Shown here piece by piece: positions 51,792 through 62,242 of a stretch of 64,000 nt of DNA (position 1 is its first letter; the number at the start of each line of letters is the position of its first letter). Origin of the DNA: Candidatus Pelearchaeum maunauluense (GTDB lineage: Archaea; Thermoproteota; Nitrososphaeria_A; Caldarchaeales; Caldarchaeaceae); assembly GCA_030059675.1 (NCBI GenBank), contig JANVYQ010000002.1:64001-128000 (forward strand), in the 5' to 3' direction. Made by a program: the position numbers and the translations under genes. The notes under the pieces are model-generated. The model worked only from the letters and a program-made list of their open reading frames with translations, was not told where the DNA came from and searched no databases.

Positions 51792-52187
51792 GTGCCCGTC
51801 GTTCTAGAGCCTGATGCTGGTCTTTTAATAAGAGCCCTCAGACTACTTGGATGGAGCGATTGTGAGTATGTTCTTTTTCACGTTATAGAGCTTCCATTGC
51901 CTACGGCTACGTATCGCGAGACAGTCGGATACCTGGTTGAAGATTCTTACAAAAAGCTAGAGGGTTTGAGGAACTGGCTCATGAATGAGGGATACGATGT
52001 GGTGCTTAAGGTTGTCGCAGCGCGCGATGTTGTTGCTGGGATTCTTGAAGAACTTGACCGAAACCACTACTCGCTAGTCCTACTCCAACGAAAGAAACGT
52101 GGTAGATTGGGCATACTTAGCAAAAGCACTACCCAACGACTGCTCAAACGGCTGGCTGCGCCAGTCCTAATCATGCCAGTCGACTAG
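51792..52187 (+). CDS. Universal stress protein-like
   Basis: LFHVIE...STTQRLLKRLAAPVLI. Confidence 0.6.
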   Translation: MPVVLEPDAGLLIRALRLLGWSDCEYVLFHVIELPLPTATYRETVGYLVEDSYKKLEGLRNWLMNEGYDVVLKVVAARDVVAGILEELDRNHYSLVLLQRKKRGRLGILSKSTTQRLLKRLAAPVLIMPVD

Positions 52188-52193
52188 CTGCCG

Positions 52194-52316
52194 TCAGAAC
52201 TCCTCTTCTTCCTCCTCTTCGAAGTCTTCCTCGAAGTCCTCGAACTCCTCCTCCTCAAACTCTTCCTCGAATTCCTCTTCTTCCTCTTCAGCAAGTAGTA
52301 TTCGTGGATAGCTCAT
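52194..52316 (-). CDS. 40-aa hyper-acidic peptide
   Basis: MSYPRILLAEEEEEEFEEEFEEEEFEDFEEDFEEEEEEEF; GAAGGT precedes the ATG. Confidence 0.5.
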   Translation of the reverse strand: MSYPRILLAEEEEEEFEEEFEEEEFEDFEEDFEEEEEEEF

Positions 52317-52530
52317 ACCTTCGGCACCGCGCCTATCAGCCCAAAAAGCTTATGATTTATAGTTTTCTAAAGGGCCTGTATGGAGACGAACCCTACAAAG
52401 CCCCAAAACTATAACGGTATATTCCCTCTACAATACTTGGGCAATTACGGCGTTTTCTGGAGGGGTGGATTTATCCTTTACCTTTGTTGAAAGAAACTAT
52501 TTCAGTTGGGGGCGTGGTTCTCTAGTCTCT

Positions 52531-52589
52531 GGGGGATGAGGCCGTCGTCCCAGTCTGAGTTGTGATGCATGAAGAGCCGAGCCGACCCC
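52531..52589 (+). ncRNA. Probable box C/D sRNA
   Basis: Terminal GGGG/CCCC stem; C-like GGATGA, D' CTGA, C' GTGATG, D-like CCGA. Confidence 0.6.
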
Positions 52590-52594
52590 GCGTC

Positions 52595-53848
52595 TTATGT
52601 TGGTGGCAGGTTAACCACCACCTCGGCGCCGCGCTCCACATGCTCGACGCCCTCGTTGATGACTATAAAGCCGTGAGAGCGTACTGGTATGCTCATCCTA
52701 CTAGACTCACCCAGCTGAGGATAGCAGAGATAATCAGCCTCACCACGCTCCTCAAGCCTAACCCAAACAACCTTCTTGAAATCCACATACCTTGAGATGC
52801 GGACATCCTCGGCGAGTCTAGCTCTTAGGCGCTTATGGTATGGTGTTGGCTCAAGCCCCTGCATATACTTGAGGAGAGGATACGCTAGGAAGAGGAAGAC
52901 GTTAATCGTTGACATTATCAGGCCTGGTAGCAGGATTATTGGTTTTCCGTTTGCTATTGCGAAGCCTCCAACCCTGCCTGGCTGTATAGCTAGTCCCTGA
53001 ACAATCCTCTCGGCTCCTATTCTTCTTAGCGCTAGTGATGTGGCGTCCTTCTCGCTGACGGATGAGCCGCCTATCGTGAGGATGACATCATGGCTGGCTA
53101 GGGCTTCCCGCAGCTTCTGGCCGACCAGCTCCGCGTTGTCTGGCATGATTCCCAGGTATCTGACCTCGCAGCCAGCAGCCCTAGTGAGGGGCTCTATAAC
53201 CCTCCTATGCGTGTTGAAGACCTTACCCCGCGCCGCCTCTTCCAGGTCATCAGTAAGCTCGTCCCCAACGACTAGTAGAGCAACACGTGGCCTATGGAAG
53301 ACCTCAACCCAGCGGAGGCCTAGGTAGTGGAGGAGCGCCAAATCCTGTGGCCTTATCCTATGCCCAGCCCCCAGCAGGACTTCACCCTCCCTTATGTCGG
53401 CGCCAGCTGGGTCTATGTTCTCACCCGCCCTGACTGGGCGCTTGACGTGTATGTAATCTCCAGCTAGCTTAACCTCCTCCTGCGCCACTACAGTGTCAGC
53501 ACCCAGCGGGAGAGGAGCTCCAGTAAGCACGCGCATAGCTGCGCCGCGCGCCAGCTCAGGCCTATGCCGCGCGCCAGCCTCTATGGAGCCAGCAATCCTT
53601 AGACGCGCAGGCCTCTCCTCAGAAGCGTTGAGCGTGTCGCGGTGGTTAAGAGCGAAGCCATCCATGTGGGATGTGTCGTACTCCGGATAGTTCCGCTCAG
53701 CAGTTATCGCTGTGGCTAGAACCCTTCCCAGCGAGGCGTCGGCATCAACCCTCTCAACGCGCCTAGCATCCCTGACAGATGCTACAAGTATTGAGACGGC
53801 CTCCTCTATGGGAGTGAAGCTCCTTATCCTCCTCAAGGAACCATCCAC
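52595..53848 (-). CDS. moeA: Molybdopterin molybdotransferase
   Basis: SHMDGFA, TGAPLPLGADTVV, GDEL, IGGSSV, QPG. Confidence 0.9.
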   Translation of the reverse strand: MDGSLRRIRSFTPIEEAVSILVASVRDARRVERVDADASLGRVLATAITAERNYPEYDTSHMDGFALNHRDTLNASEERPARLRIAGSIEAGARHRPELARGAAMRVLTGAPLPLGADTVVAQEEVKLAGDYIHVKRPVRAGENIDPAGADIREGEVLLGAGHRIRPQDLALLHYLGLRWVEVFHRPRVALLVVGDELTDDLEEAARGKVFNTHRRVIEPLTRAAGCEVRYLGIMPDNAELVGQKLREALASHDVILTIGGSSVSEKDATSLALRRIGAERIVQGLAIQPGRVGGFAIANGKPIILLPGLIMSTINVFLFLAYPLLKYMQGLEPTPYHKRLRARLAEDVRISRYVDFKKVVWVRLEERGEADYLCYPQLGESSRMSIPVRSHGFIVINEGVEHVERGAEVVVNLPPT

Positions 53849-53923
53849 AACTTCTTCACCAGCCTAGAATCCAAACATGCTTGTCCCTGACGAATAGATA
53901 TATAATTCTCAGCAACCTACTAC

Positions 53924-54853
53924 TTGTGCGGTATGTCCGTTGAGTCGCTGGGCTTCGCCGAGGCTCTTTCAAAGCTCGCGAACGAGCGTAAGCCCTTCGC
54001 AGTCGCTACAGTAGTACGTGTGGAAGGCTCCTCACTCGGTAAGCCAGGCTTCAAGATGATTATAGACGATGAGGGGCGTATAATCTATGGAACTCTGGGA
54101 GGCGTCTGCCCAGAGGGGCCGATAATCGCCGTAGCCCAGGAGGTAATCAAGACAGGAGCGCCTAGGCTAGTTAGGGTCTATCTGGAGAGCACGGAGAACT
54201 CTATAATAGGGATGATTAGGCAACAGTCAAGTGATGAGATTCATGTTGAGACGTTTTGCGGGGGTGTGATGGAGATTTTCGTAGACGCATACCTGCCACC
54301 CAGCAGGCTTATCCTCATAGCCCAGGGTGGGCGCGATGATGTTGAGGAGACGCTAGTCAAGATGGGGAAGCTCCTCGGCTTTGAGGTCTGGGTTATAGAC
54401 CCGCTCCCAGTCCTCGCTACGAAGCCAGACAAGCTGATAACCGAGGTGGACTACGATTTTGGCGAGCTTAAGCTGGGCGAGAGGGATTATGTCGTGGTCC
54501 TCACGAAGGGTGAGCGGGATATCAAGGTGCTGGAAGCTCTCTCCAAGACCAAGCCCCGCTTCGTGGGGATGCTCGCGAGTAGGAAGCGCGTGAAGTATGA
54601 CTTCTCAATACTCCGCGACCGCGGCGTCTCTGAGGAGTTTCTGAAGAGCGTGAGCGCCCCAGTTGGCGCTGACATAGGAGCCCACACACCTGAAGAGATA
54701 GCCCTCTCCATAATGGCTGAGATAGTGGCGGTTAGGAGGGGTAAGCGCGTACCGCGTAAAGATGAAGAGGCGATGGAGGAGGTTAAGGTGACAGGCGTCG
54801 CAGCAGGCCTGGATATAGGCAGCTCATGCGGCCCGACGTACACGAATAAATAG
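53924..54853 (+). CDS. XdhC/CoxI accessory factor
   Basis: ATVVRVEGSS, GTLGGVCPE, CGG, APVGADIGAHTPEEIALSI. Confidence 0.85.
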   Translation: MCGMSVESLGFAEALSKLANERKPFAVATVVRVEGSSLGKPGFKMIIDDEGRIIYGTLGGVCPEGPIIAVAQEVIKTGAPRLVRVYLESTENSIIGMIRQQSSDEIHVETFCGGVMEIFVDAYLPPSRLILIAQGGRDDVEETLVKMGKLLGFEVWVIDPLPVLATKPDKLITEVDYDFGELKLGERDYVVVLTKGERDIKVLEALSKTKPRFVGMLASRKRVKYDFSILRDRGVSEEFLKSVSAPVGADIGAHTPEEIALSIMAEIVAVRRGKRVPRKDEEAMEEVKVTGVAAGLDIGSSCGPTYTNK

Positions 54854-54856
54854 CAA

Positions 54857-55981
54857 CTACGCCTTGCGCGCTATAGGCTCTAGCGCAAGCCCGAAGTATC
54901 TCCTATACCCCTTCAAGTTCTGGAGCGCCGAGATTCCAGCGAGAAGGTCTATGTAGGGCATCGCGGTCTCCATACCTATAGTGCGCGGCTTAAAGCCAGG
55001 CTTATCCGCGTGGGGGTTTATCCAGACTATCCTGCCCACACGGGACTTGAGGGCGCGCATGGCCTTATCAAGCAGCTCAGGCTCGCCAGTATCCCAGCCG
55101 TCGCTCACTATCATCACCACAGTCCCACGCGTCAGGAGGCCGCCATACTTCTCCAAAAACGCCTTGAGACAACTCCCTATACGCGTCCCACTACCCCAGA
55201 TATCTACGGCGTGCGATATGCGGGCGGCCGCCGCCTCAGGTCCGTGAAGCCGTAGAATCTCGGTAACCTTCACCAGCTTTGTGCTGAAGACGAAGACCTC
55301 AAGCGCAACCCCCTGGCGGGCAAGGGCGTACATGGATTGCACCAGCAGGCTGGTGTATGTGTCCATGGAGCCGCTTACGTCAAAGAGGGCTACGAGCCTG
55401 CATCGCGTTACCTTCCTCTTTCTGCGGCTCAGCGTTAGGGGCTCGCCGAAGGTTGCGAGGCTTGAGCGGAATGTCTGGGGGAAGTCCAGCTCGCCGCTTA
55501 TGCTCCTGAACGTCCTCCTCCCAGGTAGCAGGGCGAGCCTACGGCGCATTCTCTTCATGACGAGCTTTATCTCGCGCAGAGACTCGCGAGTTGGTGTAGG
55601 TATCTCCCGCTTCATCAAAACCTCCAGCGGGCTGTAGAAAGCCATCTGAGCAGTAGCCTGAGCCTGCTTCGTGGTCTTAGTCTTCTCATGCTCGCCCATC
55701 TTCCCACCGCCCTGCGAGAACATCTCGGTCTCGCGCTGCTGCCTCATCCTCTTCTGCCGCATCAACTCGTCAAAAACCATGTCAAAGATAAGATAGTCTT
55801 CAAAACGCTTAACCATGGTCAGGCGCAGAACCTCGCGGAGATGCTTCACGCTCCTAATCTCAATACTATTCACCGCGGTAAAGGCGTCTATGCTCTCGGA
55901 AGTCCCACACTTAACACCATGCTCCCGAAGCTTCCCCGCGAGCGTTACTATGAGGTGCATCAGGTCTGTTTCCATGCCCAT
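54857..55981 (-). CDS. coxE: CoxE-like VWA protein
   Basis: DVSGSM, WGSGTRIG, VSDGWD, WINP. Confidence 0.85.
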   Translation of the reverse strand: MGMETDLMHLIVTLAGKLREHGVKCGTSESIDAFTAVNSIEIRSVKHLREVLRLTMVKRFEDYLIFDMVFDELMRQKRMRQQRETEMFSQGGGKMGEHEKTKTTKQAQATAQMAFYSPLEVLMKREIPTPTRESLREIKLVMKRMRRRLALLPGRRTFRSISGELDFPQTFRSSLATFGEPLTLSRRKRKVTRCRLVALFDVSGSMDTYTSLLVQSMYALARQGVALEVFVFSTKLVKVTEILRLHGPEAAAARISHAVDIWGSGTRIGSCLKAFLEKYGGLLTRGTVVMIVSDGWDTGEPELLDKAMRALKSRVGRIVWINPHADKPGFKPRTIGMETAMPYIDLLAGISALQNLKGYRRYFGLALEPIARKA

Positions 55982-55990
55982 ACCACGAAC

Positions 55991-56851
55991 CTAGAGTATG
56001 CCAAGCTCCCTCAGCCTAGCTGAGTCGTCCTCACTCTTAATCAGGCAGCTCATGGTGGAGCGTATAACGTCTGGGGTTATCTCCGAGATGTTGAGCGCCA
56101 TCAAGGCGTTGGCCCAGTCCAGCGTCTCCGATATCCCAGGCTTCTTTGAGAGGTCATCAACCTGGCGTAGGCGTTGAACAAACTCCACAACCTCGCTGGA
56201 CAGCTTCTCGGAGAGAGAGGGAACCTTCAAACTAAGTATGCGCTTCTCCTTCTCCGCACTTGGATACGTTACGTATAGGTAGAGACACCTCCTCCTAAGC
56301 CCCTCACCAACCTCGCGAGTCCTGTTTGACGTTATTATCACTATCGGCTTCCTCTTGGCGGCGATTGTGCCTATCTCAGGTATAGTAACCTGGAACTCCG
56401 CTAGGAACTCAAGTAGGAAGCCCTCAAACTCCTCATCGCTCCTGTCTATCTCGTCAATCAGCAATACGGGGGGCTTGGGGCCGTCGTGGAGCAGGGCTTG
56501 GAGAAGCGGCCTCTTGAGCAGAAACTTCTCGCTAAATATCTCGGAGGCAATCTCCTCTGGAGACTTGCTCCTCTCCATCAGCCTTATGTGGAGAAGCTGT
56601 CTCGGATAGTCCCATTCATAGAGCGCCTGCGCCGCGGTTATCCCCTCATAACACTGAAGACGTATAAGCTCCGTCCCCAACATCTTGGAGAGAACCTTCG
56701 CAACCTCAGTCTTCCCACAGCCAGGCTCCCCCTCAATCAGTAAGGGCTTCTCCAACTTAAGGGCCAAATAAACTGCTGTTGCTAAACTTTCATCAGCCAC
56801 GTAAAGCTCTTTCTCCATCGCCTGCATTATTGCTGCGGGGCTTAGCTCCAT
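55991..56851 (-). CDS. coxD: CoxD-like MoxR AAA+ ATPase
   Basis: EGEPGCGKT, RLQCYEG, LLIDEIDR. Confidence 0.9.
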   Translation of the reverse strand: MELSPAAIMQAMEKELYVADESLATAVYLALKLEKPLLIEGEPGCGKTEVAKVLSKMLGTELIRLQCYEGITAAQALYEWDYPRQLLHIRLMERSKSPEEIASEIFSEKFLLKRPLLQALLHDGPKPPVLLIDEIDRSDEEFEGFLLEFLAEFQVTIPEIGTIAAKRKPIVIITSNRTREVGEGLRRRCLYLYVTYPSAEKEKRILSLKVPSLSEKLSSEVVEFVQRLRQVDDLSKKPGISETLDWANALMALNISEITPDVIRSTMSCLIKSEDDSARLRELGIL

Positions 56852-56968
56852 TCTCTACCCAAATTCTCCTAACCAGCTAGATACAATTTATGTATTCTTC
56901 AGCGACGCTCCAACCCCCAGATAAAGACTATAAAGAGGTGTTTTGGCTAAATAGCGTGAGCTTACAGC

Positions 56969-57844
56969 ATGATTCCAAAGCAGTTTGAATATTTTGCACC
57001 GAAGACTGTCGGGCAGGCAATATCCCTGTTGAAGAAGTATAAGGAGGATGCAAAGGTTCTGGCGGGTGGACAGAGCCTAATACCGATGATGAAGCTACGC
57101 CTAGCAGCCCCCAAATACGTGATAGACCTCAACAACATTAGGGGACTATCATACATTAAGGAGGTTGGGGGAGTTATCCGTATAGGCGCCTTAACAAGAC
57201 ACGCCGAGATAGAGCACTCACCACTCATCAGGCAGAAGCTACCCATCATGGCCGAGGCGGCTGAGTGGATAGCCGACCAGCAGGTAAGAAACCTCGGCAC
57301 AATAGGGGGCGCGATATCCCACTGCGACCCAGCAGGAGACTGGGCGCCCAACCTACTAGCGCTGGACGCTGAGCTGGTAATCCAAGGAGCGCGTAGGAGG
57401 GTCGCTAAGGCTGTAAAGTTCTTCAAGGGGCCGTTTGAGACCGACCTAAAGCCCACCGAGATACTCACCGAGATTAGGATTCCCCTACCGCGCGGAGGCC
57501 GCGTAGGGCAGGCTTACATGAAGTTTGAGCGTAAGGCGGGGGACTTCGCCACCGTAGGCGTAGCTGCAAACCTACTGCTCAACGACAAGAATGAGATAGT
57601 AAAGGCTGGTATTGGAATAACAGCCGTAGCACCTGCGCCATTCAGGGCAAGCGAGGCGGAGAAGATACTCGTGGGAAACCAGCCAACCGCTGAGCTTGTT
57701 GAGCAGGCAGCACAAGCGGCGGCAGACATGGCCGAACCATGGTCAGACCTAAGAGGCTCAGCAGAGTATAAAAAGGAGATGACACGCGTCTTCACCCGCA
57801 GGGCAGTTAAGCGCGCCCTAGAGAGGGCGGGCATAACGCTCTAA
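56969..57844 (+). CDS. coxM: Xanthine/CO dehydrogenase FAD subunit
   Basis: LAGGQSLIPMMKLR, QVRNLGTIGG. Confidence 0.9.
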   Translation: MIPKQFEYFAPKTVGQAISLLKKYKEDAKVLAGGQSLIPMMKLRLAAPKYVIDLNNIRGLSYIKEVGGVIRIGALTRHAEIEHSPLIRQKLPIMAEAAEWIADQQVRNLGTIGGAISHCDPAGDWAPNLLALDAELVIQGARRRVAKAVKFFKGPFETDLKPTEILTEIRIPLPRGGRVGQAYMKFERKAGDFATVGVAANLLLNDKNEIVKAGIGITAVAPAPFRASEAEKILVGNQPTAELVEQAAQAAADMAEPWSDLRGSAEYKKEMTRVFTRRAVKRALERAGITL

Positions 57845-57866
57845 AATATGATGGGGTGAGTAAAGT

Positions 57867-58439
57867 ATGGTGAAGAAGAAAGTCAAGAAGAAGGCGGCAC
57901 GCAAGGCTGCGCGCAAACCAGAGGCAGAGTTCCCCAAGAAGCACAGGATAGAGGTTGAGGTTAACGGCGTAAAATACACGCATGAGGTCGAGCCGCGCCT
58001 CCTCCTAGTCCACTATATCCGCGACGTGCTGGGCCTGACTGGCACGCATATAGGCTGCGACACGACACACTGCGGTGCTTGCACGGTCTTGATGGATTGG
58101 GATGACGGCCGATGGAAGGCGATAAAGTCATGCACGATGTTCGCAGTCCAGGCTAATGGTAGGAGGATACTCACGATAGAGGGGCTCGCCAAGGGTGATG
58201 AGCTGCACCCGCTCCAGAAAGCATTCTGGGAGCATCACGGATTGCAGTGCGGCTACTGCACACCTGGAATGATAATGTCCGCCCTAGGCTACCTCATGAT
58301 AAACCCCAACCCCAGCGAGATGGATGTCCGTAAGGGAATATCAGGAAACCTATGCAGATGCACAGGATACCAGAACATAGTCAAAGCAATACTAGCAGCG
58401 GCAGAGGAAATAAGGAGCAGCGGCAAGCCAATACTATAA
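57867..58439 (+). CDS. coxS: Xanthine/CO dehydrogenase 2Fe-2S subunit
   Basis: [10 protein letters not shown]; QCGYCTPG; NLCRCTGY. Confidence 0.95.
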   Translation: MVKKKVKKKAARKAARKPEAEFPKKHRIEVEVNGVKYTHEVEPRLLLVHYIRDVLGLTGTHIGCDTTHCGACTVLMDWDDGRWKAIKSCTMFAVQANGRRILTIEGLAKGDELHPLQKAFWEHHGLQCGYCTPGMIMSALGYLMINPNPSEMDVRKGISGNLCRCTGYQNIVKAILAAAEEIRSSGKPIL

Positions 58440-58454
58440 CTGGTGAACGAATAA

Positions 58455-58910
58455 ATGCACTTTGAGGACAAGTTTGAGGTCCAAGCACCCGTAGAGACTG
58501 TCTGGAACTTCATAACAAGCCCCAAAGACTTCGCAAAAATAATACCAGACCTCCAGAAGTTTGAGATAATAGACAAGCGGCAGTTCAAGGCAGCCTTCAA
58601 AGTAGGGCTAGGCATGATTAAGGGTACGATAAACATGACATTCAAGTTCGAGGACATGGAGCCCATGACTAGGGTGAAGGTCGTCGGCCGCGGCTCTGGG
58701 CTACAAAGCACAGCAGACCTAACAATAGACCTAAACCTCCAACCCAGCAACGAAAAGACGCTCATAGCATGGAGCGCAGACCTAAACGTAGGCGGAATGG
58801 TAGCAAGCGTAGGAGCACGCCTCCTAGAATCAACAACAAAAAACAAAGTCAAAGAAATAGTAGAGGGAATAAAGAAAGCAATAGAGAAGAAACCAGGAAA
58901 AAAGAGATAA
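58455..58910 (+). CDS. coxG: CoxG (SRPBCC) protein
   Basis: FEVQAPVETVW...GGMVASVGARLL. Confidence 0.85.
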   Translation: MHFEDKFEVQAPVETVWNFITSPKDFAKIIPDLQKFEIIDKRQFKAAFKVGLGMIKGTINMTFKFEDMEPMTRVKVVGRGSGLQSTADLTIDLNLQPSNEKTLIAWSADLNVGGMVASVGARLLESTTKNKVKEIVEGIKKAIEKKPGKKR

Positions 58911-58956
58911 CAGAATACCCCTAGGCTTACTCCTACTCCTCAAAGACTACAGTTAT

Positions 58957-59468
58957 TCATTTATATGTCCTCTCGTTAGGACACCAATACCTCCCGTAAT
59001 GGGCTATATACTGCATGACAGCACCACAAGTGGGACAGACAGCGCTCCCAGCTATGGGAGAACCCCTCGAACCACTAGTGGCTTGCTGATACATCACAAC
59101 TAGCTGGCTGTATACCTCGTGAGTGATTTCGCCGCCATCCACATCTTTTGGTATGAAGCAAAACCTCCTATTTTTCCCATACTCATCCACGAATAGTAGA
59201 TCAATAGCTTCTTTCCCCAACCATAGAAAACTTCCTCCCCAGATTCTTGTTATAGACAACTCACTAACACGTTGGTAGGGTACAGTATAGTCCTTAAGTT
59301 TTTCTTAAATTCTTTACCAAAAGAGAATAAAAATAATATGGGCGCTAGGATTAAAGATAATACTAGAGAAGGGAGTAATAAAGGAAATAATACTGTAATT
59401 AACATGAAAGACAACACAACGATAAAAATAGGTAGAATAATCTTAGCAGACATCTCAGGAACTCTCAA
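58957..59468 (-). pseudogene. Membrane protein with C-terminal Zn ribbon, split
   Basis: TM piece 59250-59468; CPTCG...YWCPN piece 58957-59259. Confidence 0.4.
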
Positions 59469-59786
59469 TAGACATATTGAGAGTCATACGCAAAGTAGCC
59501 ATGTGCACCGCCGCCCATCCCATAAGGACTTCCTTCTTTAAAGAACGCCCGTCGCCAGCTAAGAGCTGACATGGTTAAGATAATCTTGGGAAAATATTAT
59601 GACTTTTAAGCTTTTAAGGCTAAAAGCCCCAACAAACGACAATATAAAACCCGCCTTGGAAAAATTATTGTAGGATTTAAAATGACCAAAACCCTGAGAA
59701 GAATAACAAACTCATTAAAGAAACGCTTATGGACGCTATTACTTCACGTACTACTAACGAATAATAGCGATTAATGTCACTTATGT

Positions 59787-60307
59787 TTGATGGATAGGAG
59801 AATCAAGCTGGTTGATTATAACGCTCTATGGCCAGAGATGTACAGGGAGGAGAAGAGAAGAATCATGGAAAAGGTAGGACACCTGATAGTTGATGTGGAA
59901 CATATAGGAAGCACAGCAATCCCAGGGATGAAAGCAAAGCCGATAATTGATATAATGATAGCTGTCAAAGACCTAAACATAGCTGACGAGTGTATAACGC
60001 TACTCCAAGAGCTTGGCTACGAATACGTGCCTGAACCAGACTTCCCAGAAAGATGTTTCATGCGCAAAGGCTCCCCCGAAAACAGAACACACCACATATC
60101 CATAGTCAAGCACATGGGACATTCTGGATAGAGCACCTACTCTTCAGAGACTACCTTCGTAAAAACCCCGATGAACGCTTACGATACTCTGCATTGAACG
60201 AAACGCTAGCAACAAAACACAGCTCAAACCGTCGCGCATACACCTTCGCCAAAACAGAATACATCAAAGAAGTAATAGCAGAGGCACGACTAACATCATC
60301 AAAATAA
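59787..60307 (+). pseudogene. GrpB-family nucleotidyltransferase, frameshifted
   Basis: EHIGSTAIPGMKAKPIIDI; HLLFRDYLR...YTFAKT. Confidence 0.8.
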
Positions 60308-60573
60308 GAGCCTAAAGATATCTCACACCTCCTCTATATAAGGGTTAGGGAAGGAAACTACGCATATAGCGAAGAGGTAAACGAGAACGTAGTAATAGAC
60401 CTAGACAACGAAGGCAAAATACTAGCCATAGAAATACTAGACGCATCCTCAACACTAGGCAAAGAATCCCTAGAAAAGACACTAAAAGCAGAAGGAGCAG
60501 TAATAAGATGAGATATCCACTATCTCATGTGGAATGATAGAATATTTGGATTAGAGAATATTACTAAGCTAGC

Positions 60574-60786
60574 TTACGTTACTACGGATTCTTTCTTGGC
60601 TAGTGCTTCTACCATTAGGGGTATTATTTTGCTGGCCCTCAATATCTCGATGAAGAGTGGTTTCCCATCCTTGCTAAAATGGATTACTAGGTCTCCAGCC
60701 TCTTCCGCGTGGGAGTGCTCTCCATCCTCCGAGATAATTAAGGATAATACGTCGGCTTCCTCGTCATAAGACATCTTATACTCCAT
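60574..60786 (-). CDS. DUF2283 protein
   Basis: YDEEADVL...IEILRAS; another DUF2283 remnant at about 60340-60505 (+). Confidence 0.75.
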   Translation of the reverse strand: MEYKMSYDEEADVLSLIISEDGEHSHAEEAGDLVIHFSKDGKPLFIEILRASKIIPLMVEALAKKESVVT

Positions 60787-60945
60787 ATCTACTTCTTCTC
60801 ACAGGATAGTAATGTTATGACAAGTAGATAACCATTCGCTCCTCATAAACAACACGAAGAGCATACTTCTCATTAACAGGCCTAGAGCTAAGTATTGAGA
60901 GCCTGGAGTTGATGAAAGATTTTACATCTAAGTCTTTATTTCACT

Positions 60946-61245
60946 CTAGGTTTTAGCCTGTGCTTCCACTAGCTTTGCTAATGCGCTCCATAGCGGCTTC
61001 ATATCCTCCCTAAAGCTCCTTATCTCTGTTGTTAGCGTGTCAAGGCGCTTGTTCATCTCCTCAAATCCCCGCCTCACGGCCTCTTCTGTCCTAGAAGCTC
61101 TGGCCCTTAAGTCATAGAGAAGTAAAAGCGTTAAGTCCTGAGCCGTAAGCCTTCTCTTCCCAGCCCTCTCCAACAACTCCCTAACACCCTTCTCGATAAT
61201 GGCATCAACAGCTGCTGAGGCAGCTTTCTCAACCATCCTAAACAA
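60946..61245 (-). CDS. Hypothetical coiled-coil protein
   Basis: RRGFEEMNKRLD heptads. Confidence 0.55.
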   Translation of the reverse strand: MFRMVEKAASAAVDAIIEKGVRELLERAGKRRLTAQDLTLLLLYDLRARASRTEEAVRRGFEEMNKRLDTLTTEIRSFREDMKPLWSALAKLVEAQAKT

Positions 61246-61340
61246 TAGTTAAGACCGAGATATATAAACATCCCTAAAGGAAAGGTCTACGATATCCTCA
61301 GTCTTGGTGGGTAGCTTGATGGCATTGTCCATGTTTCTCC

Positions 61341-62242
61341 TTAGCTAGTCAGGTCAATCTGGAGAAATAGCCCCCTAAAAGTTCCTCCGCTGCGCTGGTT
61401 TGGGATGAAGGTCAGGGTTATGTGCGCTCTTCTCCCCTCTGGAACGTTTATGGTTACAGTTTTGACTATGTAGTCCTCGTCTGCTCCAAGAGCTATGTCC
61501 CTCCTTATCCTGATAGTTATCTCGCCTGATAGGTCGCCGCCTTCGGCCCTGATGAATATATGCACCTCAACCCTCTCACCCACCCTAGACTGGCTAATTC
61601 TCAAACCGTCCTTGGCGAAGTATACATCCTCCACTACTGGTATTCCACGCCTAGGTGGTTCTACGTATAGGCGCGGCGGATAGGAGTCTGGCATAGAATA
61701 TATCTTTGCTCCGTTAACATAGACTTCCACGTGATACCCTCTAACAGAGTCTCCACTAGGTAGCTGAGGCGTGAAACTAAGCGTAAGCTCCCAGCCTCCC
61801 TAGCTGCTAGGCTCGCGGTAAAACTAGCCCTTCTAACCTCCACCTCGGGCGACAACGCTATGTCCTGCTTAATCACGACATCTATTTTTCCTGAGAATTC
61901 GCCTCCTACAGCTGTAATCAGAACGTGTGCAGTGACTGGGCTTCCTACCTTCACGCTGGTAACTTGCCTACCATCACTAGACCACCAGACATTAACTATT
62001 GAGAGCCTGCCTTTGGCTGGCATTTGTAAAGCAAGCCTTGGCGGATATCCCTCCTGCTCCCAGACCTCGCCGTTGCTCAAAGTAACCCTCAGGAAGTATC
62101 CCCTAACGGAGCTTGATGGCCTATAGGTGAGGCAGAATCGCTGGCTTAATGAGCCGTATCCCTCATAGGTTGCTACCGTCCTATCAGCCCCCAGCCTAAC
62201 ATCTTCCCTAACCTCGACTACGAAGCTAGTGGCTGGCTCCAC
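61341..62242 (-). pseudogene. Repeated beta-rich (Ig-like) domain protein, frameshifted and 5'-truncated
   Basis: Repeats DV/IxLG/SxD ... GYF/H ... YPPRL in both ORFs. Confidence 0.5.
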
